A DNA stretch of 64,000 bases from an uncultured Alphaproteobacteria bacterium (GTDB taxonomy: Bacteria > Pseudomonadota > Alphaproteobacteria > RF32 > CAG-239): the NCBI GenBank assembly GCA_944391705.1, contig CALXUN010000004.1:13126-77125 (forward strand), read 5' to 3'. The stretch's first letter is position 1, and each line of letters begins with the position of its first letter. Shown here in pieces: positions 1-9,450 of the stretch. Made by a program: the position numbers and the translations under genes. Below the pieces are notes generated by a model. The model made no database searches and had not been told where the DNA came from. It saw only the letters and a program-made list of their open reading frames with translations.

Positions 1-181
1 GCCACCGGTATAACAAATACAATAAAACTTCGACGACAACAACCGTCAGCCAGGAGGCCGGCTCGGTTTTACAAAGAAAATAACACCCTATACCGAAACC
101 AAATAAAACCGGCAGCCAGACAACCCAGCGTTCACGTTCGGTAAAGAAACAATCCCGGATATATTCAACAAAATGCCTCAT
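1..181 (-). CDS. Partial CDS, N-terminal 60 codons of a hydrophobic (membrane-like) protein continuing beyond the window start
   Basis: Hand translation of the minus strand gives an ATG at 181-179, open to position 1 (MRHFVEYIRDCFFTERERWVVWLPVLFGFGIGCYFLCK...). The RBS is weak. Not in the ORF track because it is truncated at the window edge. Confidence 0.3.
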   Translation of the reverse strand, partial: MRHFVEYIRDCFFTERERWVVWLPVLFGFGIGCYFLCKTEPASWLTVVVVEVLLYLLYRW

Positions 182-269
182 AATTCTTATTTAACATTGC
201 TTATAAACAATTACAAACAAAAAAAGAGTGTTAAACATTTCTGTTTAACACATCCTTTCATTTTTACTT

Positions 270-560
270 TCAGAAAGCTTTCTGAAGAGTTTCCTTTGCC
301 TCTTCAAGCTTATCTTCTGCGACCAAAAGCAAATTCGGAACTTCGCTTAAAAGACTCTTCATTGAAGGTTTGGTAACCACGGTTCCTGCCTTGGTGGCAA
401 GTTCTGTTTCCGATGTAACGACGGTGATGTCGTTTTCCTGCGCTGCGGCCGGCATTTTAAAAGCTTGAACTTCACGAACGCCGTAATTTTTGCTATAACG
501 CAACCCGCAACAAATAAGCAACTTTTCAATCTCACGGATTGATAAACTTTGTTCTCTCAT
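270..560 (-). CDS. Hypothetical protein (96 aa)
   Basis: ORF from the track; no recognizable motif. Lies just downstream of lpxB on the same strand. Confidence 0.35.
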   Translation of the reverse strand: MREQSLSIREIEKLLICCGLRYSKNYGVREVQAFKMPAAAQENDITVVTSETELATKAGTVVTKPSMKSLLSEVPNLLLVAEDKLEEAKETLQKAF

Positions 561-628
561 ATTGTTAATTTTTAGTTAGAATAATTTTGAAACAATTTTA
601 TAGTAACAGAAACGAAACTTTTCGTCAA

Positions 629-1777
629 CTATTTTTTGTCAATTATTTTTAAAATAACATCACAGGCATTGGCGCTCGGGGTTTGTTCACCCAGCCCCAA
701 AATCTCCCGCACTTTGGCAAAACCTTCCATTTGACGTTCGTACAAAGGACCTTTTTTTAAGAATTCTTCCATGTAATACATGATTTTATCAACATTACAA
801 TCATTTTGCAACAATTCCGGCACAATTTCGCGTCCCAAAAGGATATTGCTTAAATTAACAAACTGAATATGCAAAAAATGTTTGGCAAACCAGGCCGTTA
901 ATGGTGCTACCCGGTAAGTAATGACATGCGGCACATCGACCATGGCCAACTCCAGCGCCACCGTACCGGAAGCTGCAACGGCAAGGTCTGCGGCAACAAA
1001 AGCATCATGCCGGTCGCTTTCATTATTGACAACAATAATCGGCAGACCGCTTTCTTCAACCATCTTCCGTACCTGGTCTTCAACCGTATGCACGGTCGGA
1101 ATCACAAAACAAAATTCTGGATGTTTTTGTTTAAATACCCTGACAAATTCCAAGAACACCGGCAACAGGCGGGAAACCTCTGTCTTGCGCGAACCGGGAA
1201 GAACAGCCATAATCCGGCATTCATCTTCAATATTATAGCGGCAGCGGAAATCTTCACTTTTACCCCAGACCACGCTGCTCTCAATCACCGGATGGCCGAC
1301 AAACGTCGTTTCCAGGTGATATGGCGTAAAATACTTCGGTTCATAGGGAAACAGCGTCAGCAGATGGTCAATGTATTTATACATGGTTTTAGCCCGTTTT
1401 TTCTTCCATGCCCATACCTGCGGCGCCACGTAATGCACCTGAGGAATACCTAAATTCTTTTTCTTTAAAGCCTTATGGATTCGCGCCGAAAAACTCCAAC
1501 TGTCAATGGTGATGACAATATCCGGTTTTTTTGCTTCAATATCGGCAACCGTTTGCCTGATACGTTTTAAGATCAGCGGAATACTTGGAATAACCTCAGC
1601 CAGCCCCATAACGGCCAAATCCGAGATGTCAAACAAAGATTTCAAACCTTCCCGTTCCATGCTTTCCCCACCGATACCGCAAAATTCGACATTCGGACAT
1701 TTATCCGCCATGGCACGCATCAACCTGGAACCAAGCAAATCACCGGAAGGTTCTCCGGCTATCAGATAGATTTTCAT
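629..1777 (-). CDS. lpxB: Lipid-A-disaccharide synthase
   Basis: 382 aa, glycosyltransferase family 19 hallmarks (N-terminal IAGEPSGD, VAPQVWAWK). Overlaps lpxI by 4 bp in the classic lpxI-lpxB arrangement. Confidence 0.9.
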   Translation of the reverse strand: MKIYLIAGEPSGDLLGSRLMRAMADKCPNVEFCGIGGESMEREGLKSLFDISDLAVMGLAEVIPSIPLILKRIRQTVADIEAKKPDIVITIDSWSFSARIHKALKKKNLGIPQVHYVAPQVWAWKKKRAKTMYKYIDHLLTLFPYEPKYFTPYHLETTFVGHPVIESSVVWGKSEDFRCRYNIEDECRIMAVLPGSRKTEVSRLLPVFLEFVRVFKQKHPEFCFVIPTVHTVEDQVRKMVEESGLPIIVVNNESDRHDAFVAADLAVAASGTVALELAMVDVPHVITYRVAPLTAWFAKHFLHIQFVNLSNILLGREIVPELLQNDCNVDKIMYYMEEFLKKGPLYERQMEGFAKVREILGLGEQTPSANACDVILKIIDKK

Positions 1778-2616
1778 TGAATAATCTCTCCCGGATTAAT
1801 TCCTATAACAAACATTTTATATTTATTTGCCAGCTTAATCACTTCTTTTTCATCAACAATCAAAGCATTCCCGGCATGGACTGCAACGCCGCGCAAACCG
1901 CTTTCGTGAGCATTTTCAATTGTTTTCACGCCGATTGTCGGCAAATCAATGCGCATATCCTGATTGGGCTTGCGAAGCTTGACCAGCACGCCGCCGTCGC
2001 CTTTGCGTCGATAATTTCCAGAGCGTTTAATCAGTTCATCGGTGCCCTCAATTCCTTCCATACCCAAAACCAGCCCTTGCTGAACAACCACGGATTGACC
2101 GACATCCAACTCACCTAAACAAAGAGCCACTTCCGTACCACGGGCAATATCAGACAAAGCTTGTTTATCCGGTTTGGCTTTCGTCAGACAGCCTTCCTGA
2201 ACCAACAATTGCGGCATAACCTCATGGATGCCGATAACTTTCATTTTTTCTGCTTCAATCTCTTTAACCAAGGCACGCAAGATTCCGTCATCACCCAATG
2301 CTTTCAGCCCGATTTTGGCAAAAAAAGCCGTTGTACGCAAATCCGGCATCAAATCAGCCAATGTCGGCCGCCGGATGGTCCCGATCATAATAACATCTTC
2401 AACGCCTTCTTCGCAAAAGCGTCTAAAGCCGGTACCGGCCTGCCCGATTCGTATCCACTGATGGGGAATTTCATTATTAAAAAGCGCCCGGTCGGCATTG
2501 CCTTCAATCGCCAGCACAAAATACGGACGCTGACTTTCACGGCAATAATTGATTAACATTTGCGGGATAACGCCCCCGCCGGCAATAATACCTAATTTTC
2601 GTTGGCCGTCATTCAT
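1774..2616 (-). CDS. lpxI: UDP-2,3-diacylglucosamine pyrophosphatase LpxI (DUF1009)
   Basis: 280 aa with N-terminal LGIIAGGGxxP and LpxI-like length. Sits immediately upstream of lpxB, as in alphaproteobacteria. Confidence 0.75.
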   Translation of the reverse strand: MNDGQRKLGIIAGGGVIPQMLINYCRESQRPYFVLAIEGNADRALFNNEIPHQWIRIGQAGTGFRRFCEEGVEDVIMIGTIRRPTLADLMPDLRTTAFFAKIGLKALGDDGILRALVKEIEAEKMKVIGIHEVMPQLLVQEGCLTKAKPDKQALSDIARGTEVALCLGELDVGQSVVVQQGLVLGMEGIEGTDELIKRSGNYRRKGDGGVLVKLRKPNQDMRIDLPTIGVKTIENAHESGLRGVAVHAGNALIVDEKEVIKLANKYKMFVIGINPGEIIQ

Positions 2617-2803
2617 AATATTTTGTTTCTCTTTGTTAATAACTTTTGCAACCTAACATAGAAAATATTTTTTTTCAAGAGGCCATATATTCTCCCTATA
2701 AAAATTCTATTCAAAACAAAAAAGTATCGCTTAATAAATTTAACATTGACAAGTTTTGTTTTTTCGGCTATTTTTTAGACGAAAACCTAATTTTTAATTT
2801 ATT

Positions 2804-3145
2804 ATGATAACAAAAATGCATCCCGAAAACGGCGAAGCTGCAGTAACCGTTGTTCGTAAAAAGTCAAATTACAACAAAACAATCGACTACTGTGATTACA
2901 AACATCCGGCAATAACGGCAATCATTCCCTGCTGGAAAGGAAAAGACGGAAAATTAATTTCCGTTGCCACCGGGAAAACCGTTACAATCGGCGAAAACGA
3001 TGATGTCCGCGTCTGTTTGGTCGGAACGACTTTCAAGTATCCGGACGGAGAAGAAATTCTCCTTACCCGCAACTGGAAACGGGAAATATATTTTATCACC
3101 CCGGAAAGAAAGCCCGAAAGCTTTTACAATGCATTCGGAGAATAA
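2804..3145 (+). CDS. Hypothetical protein (113 aa)
   Basis: ORF with plausible promoter (TTGACA near 2748) and terminator downstream; no family recognized. Confidence 0.4.
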   Translation: MITKMHPENGEAAVTVVRKKSNYNKTIDYCDYKHPAITAIIPCWKGKDGKLISVATGKTVTIGENDDVRVCLVGTTFKYPDGEEILLTRNWKREIYFITPERKPESFYNAFGE

Positions 3146-3160
3146 AATCCCGGCTTACAA

Positions 3161-3193
3161 AGAAAACCGCCTTCTTAAAGGCGGTTTTCTTTT
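3161..3193. terminator. Bidirectional rho-independent terminator hairpin between convergent genes
   Basis: aaaaccgcctt-cttaa-aaggcggtttt stem with T-run, lying between the 2804..3145 (+) gene and cca (-). Confidence 0.55.
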
Positions 3194-4423
3194 TTAAACA
3201 AGTTCTTTTATTTCGGCCTGCAATACGCTGATTTTGTATTCCCGCAGCCGTTCTTTAAAAGTTTCATCCTTGGGAAGTTTATTAAAACCCGGGACATCTT
3301 CGGCTTTAACCGTTTCAATCACCCGGCAGGCAAGTTTCAGCTTTTCGGCGCTCGGGGCAAATTCTGACCTTTGTTTGTCTGTTGATATCGTGCTTTCAAA
3401 ATCAGCCCGACACACGTCAATATATTCATTAACATAGCATGTATGCCCTATTGTCATTTTGTCAGCCAGATCATACAAACTTCCGACACGCATTACCGGA
3501 ATATAATGAAACTTCATATGCTGCTCGGCCGCCATGGTCGCAAAATCCCGAAAACGATTCGGTGTTTTAAGACGGTTGCAAATTTTATAAACCAACTGCC
3601 GGCTCTGGCTTTCATGTTTTTTATGCGAGGGAAGCTCTTCTTCGGGCGTCAAAAGTTTGCCGACATCGTGCACCAAAAGACCAAATTTAACCAACACCGG
3701 GCTTTTTTCTGCCAATTTCAAGGCATGCAGGACATGAGCCCCGGTATTCCCTTCAGGGTGAAATTCCGTACGTTCCGGAACTTTCCACAGGGCATCTATT
3801 TCCGGCAGAATAATTTTTAAAGCGCCAATCTCGCGCGCCAACTCAATAAACCGGTAAAAAGCCGGTGTTTTCATGGCTTTTAAGAGCTCAATCCAAACCC
3901 GCTCGGCCGTCAGATGTTCTAGCATCCCTTTTTGAACCATTGAGCGGCACAGTTCAACGGTAGCCGGTGCGGCATCAAAATCAAGCTGTGCAGAAAACCG
4001 ACAAAGGCGCAAAACCCGGAGAGGATCTTCCACAAAATGTTCAGCATTGACATGACGCAGAATTTTATTTTTGATGTCATCTTGTCCGCCGAAATAATCA
4101 ATATATTCCCCGGCTTCCTCATCATAAGCAATTGCATTACAGGTAAAATCGCGCCGTTCCAAATCTTCTCTTAAAGTAACGGATTCATCAAAAATAAATT
4201 CAAAATCCGTATGTTTATCGCCGGTTTTGATTTCTTTGCGCGCCAGAGCATATTCTTCCCGCGTCAGCGGATGCAAAAAAACCGGAAAACCTTTGCCGAC
4301 TTCCGTAAAACCTTGTTTAATCATTTCATCGGGCGTTGAGCCGACCACGACATAATCACTGTCATTTGGAATTCTTCCCAAAAGTCTGTCGCGTACGGCA
4401 CCGCCGACCTGATATATTTTCAC
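3194..4423 (-). CDS. cca: CCA tRNA nucleotidyltransferase / poly(A) polymerase family with HD domain
   Basis: 409 aa. N-terminal GGAVRDxLLG...DxDxV pol-beta motif plus a C-terminal HD domain (HDVGK). Confidence 0.85.
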   Translation of the reverse strand: MKIYQVGGAVRDRLLGRIPNDSDYVVVGSTPDEMIKQGFTEVGKGFPVFLHPLTREEYALARKEIKTGDKHTDFEFIFDESVTLREDLERRDFTCNAIAYDEEAGEYIDYFGGQDDIKNKILRHVNAEHFVEDPLRVLRLCRFSAQLDFDAAPATVELCRSMVQKGMLEHLTAERVWIELLKAMKTPAFYRFIELAREIGALKIILPEIDALWKVPERTEFHPEGNTGAHVLHALKLAEKSPVLVKFGLLVHDVGKLLTPEEELPSHKKHESQSRQLVYKICNRLKTPNRFRDFATMAAEQHMKFHYIPVMRVGSLYDLADKMTIGHTCYVNEYIDVCRADFESTISTDKQRSEFAPSAEKLKLACRVIETVKAEDVPGFNKLPKDETFKERLREYKISVLQAEIKELV

Positions 4424-4589
4424 CGCTTTTCTCCATAATCTCTTTTAAGAAGTTTAACGGATATCTTTTAAAAATCAAGTTGTAACAAATAAACCAACGA
4501 AATTATTCCGGATTGCCGACAGCTTAATACCTTGAACAAAAAGCATTCGGAATTATATCAGCGGCATAAGACACGACAAGGAGAAAACC

Positions 4590-5303
4590 ATGACTGCACC
4601 AATTTCAGGCTTTCCGGCTCTGGGAAGCAAAGCACCGGCTTTTTATGCCATCACCACGAACGGCACCATTAATTTCCCCGAAGATTTTAAGGGAAAATGG
4701 GTCATTTTATTTTCGCATCCGGCTGATTTTACGCCGGCATGCACCACCGAAATTGCGACATTTGCCGCCATGCAGGAAGATTTCAAAGCCCTAAATACCG
4801 AACTTATCGGTCTTTCGGTAGACAGTAATTCCTCACACCTGGCCTGGTTAAAAGAAATTGAGGAAAAAATTTCTTTTCATAACTATAACGGGCAGAAAAT
4901 AAATTTCCCTCTAATTGCCGATAACAAAGGCGATATTGCCGCTTTATACGGCATGTTCCGTCCGGAACTGGGCGATACCAAAACCTGCCGTTCAGTATTT
5001 TTTATTGATCCGGACAGTACCATCCGTGCCATGATACATTATCCGGCCACCACCGGCCGGAATTTTGCCGAAATTAAGCGGGTTATAGAAGCTTTGCAGA
5101 CGACAGACGCTTACGGGATATCCACCCCGGCCGACTGGCAGCCGGGAGATGACGTTCTTTTATCGGCCCCCAAAACACACCAGCAGGTACATGAAAGAGA
5201 ACAAAAAATGCCTGATATGCAATGCAGTGACTGGTTTTTCTGCACCCAGAAATACGAAAACTTAAAAGATAAGACAAACCGGAAAGCTACTTTTTCCCGA
5301 TAA
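4590..5303 (+). CDS. Peroxiredoxin (1-Cys/Prx6-like) with C-terminal extension
   Basis: FTPACTTE peroxidatic-Cys motif and AhpC/TSA fold signature; 237 aa. Confidence 0.8.
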   Translation: MTAPISGFPALGSKAPAFYAITTNGTINFPEDFKGKWVILFSHPADFTPACTTEIATFAAMQEDFKALNTELIGLSVDSNSSHLAWLKEIEEKISFHNYNGQKINFPLIADNKGDIAALYGMFRPELGDTKTCRSVFFIDPDSTIRAMIHYPATTGRNFAEIKRVIEALQTTDAYGISTPADWQPGDDVLLSAPKTHQQVHEREQKMPDMQCSDWFFCTQKYENLKDKTNRKATFSR

Positions 5304-5985
5304 TACCGGCAACAAAATCAAGTTCTTCCGGCAAAATCTGGTGGTCAAGCGTATTAAAAACTTTTACGGCTACCGGAATATTTTCCTGTTGCAGCCATTT
5401 TTTGGTATAGTCCAGGCATTTAAACAAAACCGTCTGGTCTTTTTTGCCATGCAGCAAATAAACTGTCGGCCGCGAAACAATTTGAAGATCCAGATGTTCA
5501 TCAGCTGCCGCAAGCCCGGAAAACGAAAAGCAGCCGGCCAGTTCCTGCATTCTGATTAAAGCCGTCCAAATTGCCAGCATTGCCCCTTGTGAAAAACCGG
5601 CAATATAAGTATTTTTGTCACGGAAACCATATTTTTTTTGCATATCGTCAATAAAAAAATTTATATCCATTGCCGTTTCAAAAAGTTTTTGCCCGGCCTG
5701 ATTATAAATTTTTGCGATTTCTTCAACCGGTGTTTCTTCAAGCCGGCGCTTGTTTTCCGCATCAAAACCGGAAACCTTATACCAGCTTTTGCGGGCCGGA
5801 TCTTTTTGTGATACATTTCCTCCTTCCGGTGCGGCTATGGCCAGACCCGGAAGTTTTTGCTGCAAATACTCATATACCGGACGCATTTCATCACGGGTAT
5901 TATTATAGCCGTGTAAAAATACCAGCAAAGACGAAGCCGGTTTTTGACTTGGAAAATACTGACTTTCAAAAACTGACAAAACCAA
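5287..5985 (-). CDS. Phospholipase/carboxylesterase family alpha/beta hydrolase
   Basis: 232 aa with a GFSQGA nucleophile elbow and an FLHGxN oxyanion region. Confidence 0.7.
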   Translation of the reverse strand: MVLSVFESQYFPSQKPASSLLVFLHGYNNTRDEMRPVYEYLQQKLPGLAIAAPEGGNVSQKDPARKSWYKVSGFDAENKRRLEETPVEEIAKIYNQAGQKLFETAMDINFFIDDMQKKYGFRDKNTYIAGFSQGAMLAIWTALIRMQELAGCFSFSGLAAADEHLDLQIVSRPTVYLLHGKKDQTVLFKCLDYTKKWLQQENIPVAVKVFNTLDHQILPEELDFVAGIIGKK

Positions 5986-6210
5986 TCCCCTGTTAATAAT
6001 GAATATATGTTTATCTATAAAAATTTTATTTAAATTTATTTAACAACGCCGGTTTCAATATTTGCGTTTTTATTTCAAGTTATAAGACACCTATAAAATA
6101 TTGTGGCAAGAAAGTAAAATAAATAAGTTTTTGTCTGCAAACATAAATTTAAACCTTGACTATCTTTTTTGTTTCATTTATGTATGTGTGCAGAAAACGA
6201 AAGCACGCAT

Positions 6211-6256
6211 TTGCTGTAGACGCATATTATTAAGGGCGCTTAGCTCAGTTGGTTAG
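6211..6256 (+). repeat. Direct repeat copy 1: 23 bp promoter-proximal sequence plus first 23 nt of the tRNA (truncated 5' tRNA fragment 6234..6256)
   Basis: 46 bp identical to 6452..6497 (ttgctgtagacgcatattattaagggcgcttagctcagttggttag), then diverges. Confidence 0.8.
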
Positions 6257-6451
6257 CTTGAGGATAAAAAATTTGCTTAGAAGCAAATTTTTTGACGAAA
6301 GGTGCCGTGAAGTTAGGTTGGGAGGGAAGCGACAGCAACCGAACCAACCGTTACGAACAAACGACAGGAGCGGCGTTAGTGAGCCCGCGGCGAGCTTTAC
6401 GTAGCGACTACGGCCCGGCTCTTGTGAAGAAAGAAAAGGCAGTTTTATAAA
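6257..6451. repeat. GC-rich ~195 bp insert, member of a window-wide short interspersed element family, flanked by the 46-bp duplication
   Basis: Composition is unlike the flanks. It shares motifs with the inserts at 12047-12180 and 16700-16810 (gcgacagc, ttagtgagc, cgaac) and contains the hairpin aaaaatttgcttagaagcaaatttttt at 6267..6293. Confidence 0.6.
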
Positions 6452-6474
6452 TTGCTGTAGACGCATATTATTAA

Positions 6475-6551
6475 GGGCGCTTAGCTCAGTTGGTTAGAGC
6501 CGGCCGCTCATAACGGTCTGGTCGTTGGTTCGAGTCCATCAGCGCCCACCA
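6475..6551 (+). tRNA. tRNA with CAT anticodon (elongator Met or lysidine-Ile2; close to E. coli ileX-like pattern)
   Basis: Hand-folded cloverleaf: acceptor gggcgct/agcgccc, anticodon loop ctCATaa, T-loop ttcgagt, discriminator A, encoded CCA. Confidence 0.8.
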
Positions 6552-6555
6552 TAAT

Positions 6556-6586
6556 AAAAACCTCTCCCTCAGCGGGGAGGTTTTTA
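6556..6586 (+). terminator. Rho-independent terminator after tRNA
   Basis: cctctccctcagcggggagg hairpin followed by TTTTT. Confidence 0.7.
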
Positions 6587-6729
6587 TTATGATAAGAATT
6601 GACAACTTGAACAGACAAAACACAAGCTTGACTCTCAAAGTCAGACAAGACGTAGGCTTTGCTGGTTTATATTTTCCTTTTAGCGTTTACTCTTTTAAGC
6701 AACCGAGCTTGTCGTCCCATTTCCAACAA

Positions 6730-6858
6730 TCAAAGATATTGTATCAAAGGTTCAATACCCCAGACAATAGCATTATTGACTGCTAAAAGAGAAAAAAGCG
6801 CAAAATAAATAGCCGCTTTCATGGTTATACCGACAATATAAAATGCGCTTTTTTTCAT
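6730..6858 (-). CDS. Small hydrophobic peptide (42 aa, MKKSAFYIVGITMKAAIYFALFSLLAVNNAIVWGIEPLIQYL)
   Basis: Found by hand; GGAGAAAAA RBS 5 nt before the ATG, single TM-like segment. Lies in the 390-bp segment bounded by the 24-bp direct repeats; below the ORF-track cutoff. Confidence 0.3.
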   Translation of the reverse strand: MKKSAFYIVGITMKAAIYFALFSLLAVNNAIVWGIEPLIQYL

Positions 6859-6962
6859 TTTTTCTCCTATTTATATTTTGTATTTAGCTGTTTTATCACC
6901 ATATACAGAGTATTCATATATGTTTTATATTTGCTTCATATTCACCTAAATGGTGCGAATTA

Positions 6963-6986
6963 ACCATAATAAAAACCTCTCCCTCA
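6963..6986 (+). repeat. 24-bp direct repeat of the tRNA 3' end and flank (accataataaaaacctctccctca), copy 2; copy 1 is at 6548..6571
   Basis: Exact 24/24 match to the tRNA discriminator-CCA plus the first half of its terminator; an att-like duplication. Confidence 0.75.
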
Positions 6987-8621
6987 ATGGAGATATTTTT
7001 CATCTTCGGGCGTATTAAGCTCATAGTAATATTCCAACAACTCCCGGGAATAATCTTCAATCCGTCCTTCCGGCAAAACCAGCATACGGCTGATGCCGAT
7101 TTGTTCCACAAATGACGGGTTATGGCTGACCACTAAAATCGTTCCTTCAAACAAATTAAAGTTACGGCCGATAACCGCCTGTGTTTCCGGATCCAAATGA
7201 TTGGTCGGTTCATCCAGAATCAGCAAATTTGCCCGCTGCAGCAAAACCTTGCAAAGAGCAATCCGTGCTTTTTCACCGGGAGACAAGACGGCTGTCTTTT
7301 TATGGACATCTTCATCATAGAATAAAAAATTGCTCAAAATCGAACGCAGCTGCCATTCATTATACCCTTCGGTTTCAACATTTTCCAAAATTGTTTTTTC
7401 CAAATCAATCTGCTCCAGTTCCTGAGCATAATAAGCCACGTCGGTTTTCGGATTATAACGGATTTGTCCGTGTTCCGGAACCAAAATTCCCATAATCAAT
7501 TTTAAAAGAGTCGATTTGCCCACACCGTTTTCACCGACAACCAGAAAACGCTCCCGACCATTTAAAAAAAAGGATAATTTTCGATAAAGCAGCCTCTGCC
7601 CCGGATATCGGAAAGAAAGTTCTTCCACCGCCAACGGTATACGGGCGCCCTCTCTTTTGGGACGGATATCCATCTTGACCTGACGATACGTCCGTTCGCG
7701 TGTTAAAAGCTGGCTCTTTTTCTTTTCCAAACGCAATGCCCGTTCCTGCCCCATACGTTTAAGCGCATGGTTGGTCTGGCTTGCCTGATTGGCACGCCGC
7801 ACAAATTCCTCAAGCTTTTTGATTTCCTTTTCCTGACGATCAATCAGCATATTCCTTGCCTTTTGTTCTTCGGCCCGTTTTTTTTGATAAACCGAATAAT
7901 TGCCGTCATAAACGGAAATTTTATGCGTTACTTTATTAATAAACATGACCTTGTTGATAATCTGATTTAAAAAATCAACATCGTGACTGATAATCAGCAC
8001 CATACCTTTATAACGCTTCAGATAATCAATAACAAAATCCCTGGTTGCCGCATCAAGATGGTTTGTCGGCTCATCCAAACATAAAATATCAAATTTCGAA
8101 AACAGCACCCGGGCAAATGCCATTTTAGATTTTTGCCCGCCGGAAAGCTCTTTCATCGGCTTATCCAATAAATCCGGATTAATATTCATTTTTTCAATTA
8201 AGACCAGCAGTTCGTCATCGGCCTCATATTGTCCGTAATAATCCAGCTCTTCCTGCAATTTCGCCACTTTTTCAAGCAACGCCGGATGTTCGGCCTCACC
8301 GGCCGTTTCCAGCCTTTTATAAACCTCTGCCAGTTCAGCGTTGATTTTGCGCAGCGGACGGCCGTCATTCAAATAATCCCACACGGTCATATTTTCATCT
8401 TCAAGAACAATCTCCTGCGGCAGATATCCGGCTCTGGCCTTTCCGATATCCAGCTCACCGCTGTCCGGTTTTATTTCTTTTAAAAGAAGCCTGAACAAAG
8501 TTGTTTTGCCGGCGCCGTTAACCCCGACGACACCGACTTTATCCTGTCCGTTTATCTGAAATTCTGCATCATCATAAATAATTTCAGATCCGAAAGATAA
8601 ATTTATATGGCTTCCTCTCAT
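6984..8621 (-). CDS. ABC-F family ATPase (two ABC cassettes, EttA/Uup-like)
   Basis: 545 aa with two Walker A (GVNGAGKTT, GENGVGKST), two LSGGQ-like signatures (LSGGQKS, LSPGEKA) and a charged KKRAEEQKARN linker; no TMD. Confidence 0.85.
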   Translation of the reverse strand: MRGSHINLSFGSEIIYDDAEFQINGQDKVGVVGVNGAGKTTLFRLLLKEIKPDSGELDIGKARAGYLPQEIVLEDENMTVWDYLNDGRPLRKINAELAEVYKRLETAGEAEHPALLEKVAKLQEELDYYGQYEADDELLVLIEKMNINPDLLDKPMKELSGGQKSKMAFARVLFSKFDILCLDEPTNHLDAATRDFVIDYLKRYKGMVLIISHDVDFLNQIINKVMFINKVTHKISVYDGNYSVYQKKRAEEQKARNMLIDRQEKEIKKLEEFVRRANQASQTNHALKRMGQERALRLEKKKSQLLTRERTYRQVKMDIRPKREGARIPLAVEELSFRYPGQRLLYRKLSFFLNGRERFLVVGENGVGKSTLLKLIMGILVPEHGQIRYNPKTDVAYYAQELEQIDLEKTILENVETEGYNEWQLRSILSNFLFYDEDVHKKTAVLSPGEKARIALCKVLLQRANLLILDEPTNHLDPETQAVIGRNFNLFEGTILVVSHNPSFVEQIGISRMLVLPEGRIEDYSRELLEYYYELNTPEDEKYLH

Positions 8622-8808
8622 AACCGGTTTCTTTCTTTACAACACATTATCTTAAGCCGAAAAGCTAACAGCCGCCCCTGTGATTGTCAACCGGTTTAAA
8701 ACACAAAAAATCAAAAAAAGCCAAAAATTTCAAGAAAATGGCAAACAAGCTTGCTTATATGACAAATCAGATTATAATGCTCAAAATTTTATCAATTGGA
8801 ATTTTAAA

Positions 8809-9390
8809 ATGGAACAATACCTGCAACTTTCAAAAGAACAGACAGCCAAAGCCCGGGAAATAATAAAATCCCTTAAAATTATCGAAACCTGGCAGAAGGC
8901 CGACGCCGTTGTCAACCTTATCGGCTCATTAAAAATCGGCGTCTTAGGCAAACACCGTGACATAGACTTTCACGTCTATACAGACAAACTTGATATAAAA
9001 CAAAGTTTTAAGGTTATGGCTGCACTCTGCGGCAATGAAAAAATCAAAAAATGTACTTTTGAAAATTTAGCGCAGACAGATGAATGTTGCTTAGAATGGC
9101 ATCTTTTTTACGAAGATGACATGTCAGACTTATGGCAGATAGATATAATTCAGATAAAAAAAGGATCTTTTTACGACGGCTACTTTGAAAACGTAGCAAA
9201 ACAAATAATATCCGCCATGTCGCCCAAACAGCAAGAAACCATCATCCGGCTGAAATTTGAAACACCTGATGATGTTAAAATCAGCGGCATGGAATATTAC
9301 AAAGCCGTCATTCAGGATAACGTTCAATCCTTTGAAGAACTGCTTCAATGGCGCCGGACACATCATTTTGATACTTTGATAAAATGGTAA
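8809..9390 (+). CDS. Nucleotidyltransferase-fold protein (GrpB/UPF0157-like)
   Basis: GS-x10-DxD pol-beta NTase motif (IGSLKIGVLGKHRDIDFHV). The track ORF begins at a GTG (8680); the first ATG is at 8809. Confidence 0.5.
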   Translation: MEQYLQLSKEQTAKAREIIKSLKIIETWQKADAVVNLIGSLKIGVLGKHRDIDFHVYTDKLDIKQSFKVMAALCGNEKIKKCTFENLAQTDECCLEWHLFYEDDMSDLWQIDIIQIKKGSFYDGYFENVAKQIISAMSPKQQETIIRLKFETPDDVKISGMEYYKAVIQDNVQSFEELLQWRRTHHFDTLIKW

Positions 9391-9450
9391 AACTTGACAA
9401 TCAGAAGCAAACGGATAATATAGAACAAAACAAGAACATCTTAAAAAACC

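Noticed and set aside
173-376. 67-aa plus-strand ORF at the window start
   Set aside because: Lysine/leucine-rich low-complexity translation of AT-rich intergenic/antisense sequence, overlapping the 96-aa minus-strand ORF; no RBS.
921-1453. 105- and 175-aa ORFs on the plus strand inside lpxB
   Set aside because: Antisense to a well-supported conserved gene, with no RBS and no motifs; typical spurious antisense ORFs.
6245-6466. 73-aa ORF on the minus strand within the GC-rich insert
   Set aside because: No RBS; it spans the duplicated tRNA 5' fragment and has random composition; more likely non-coding element sequence.
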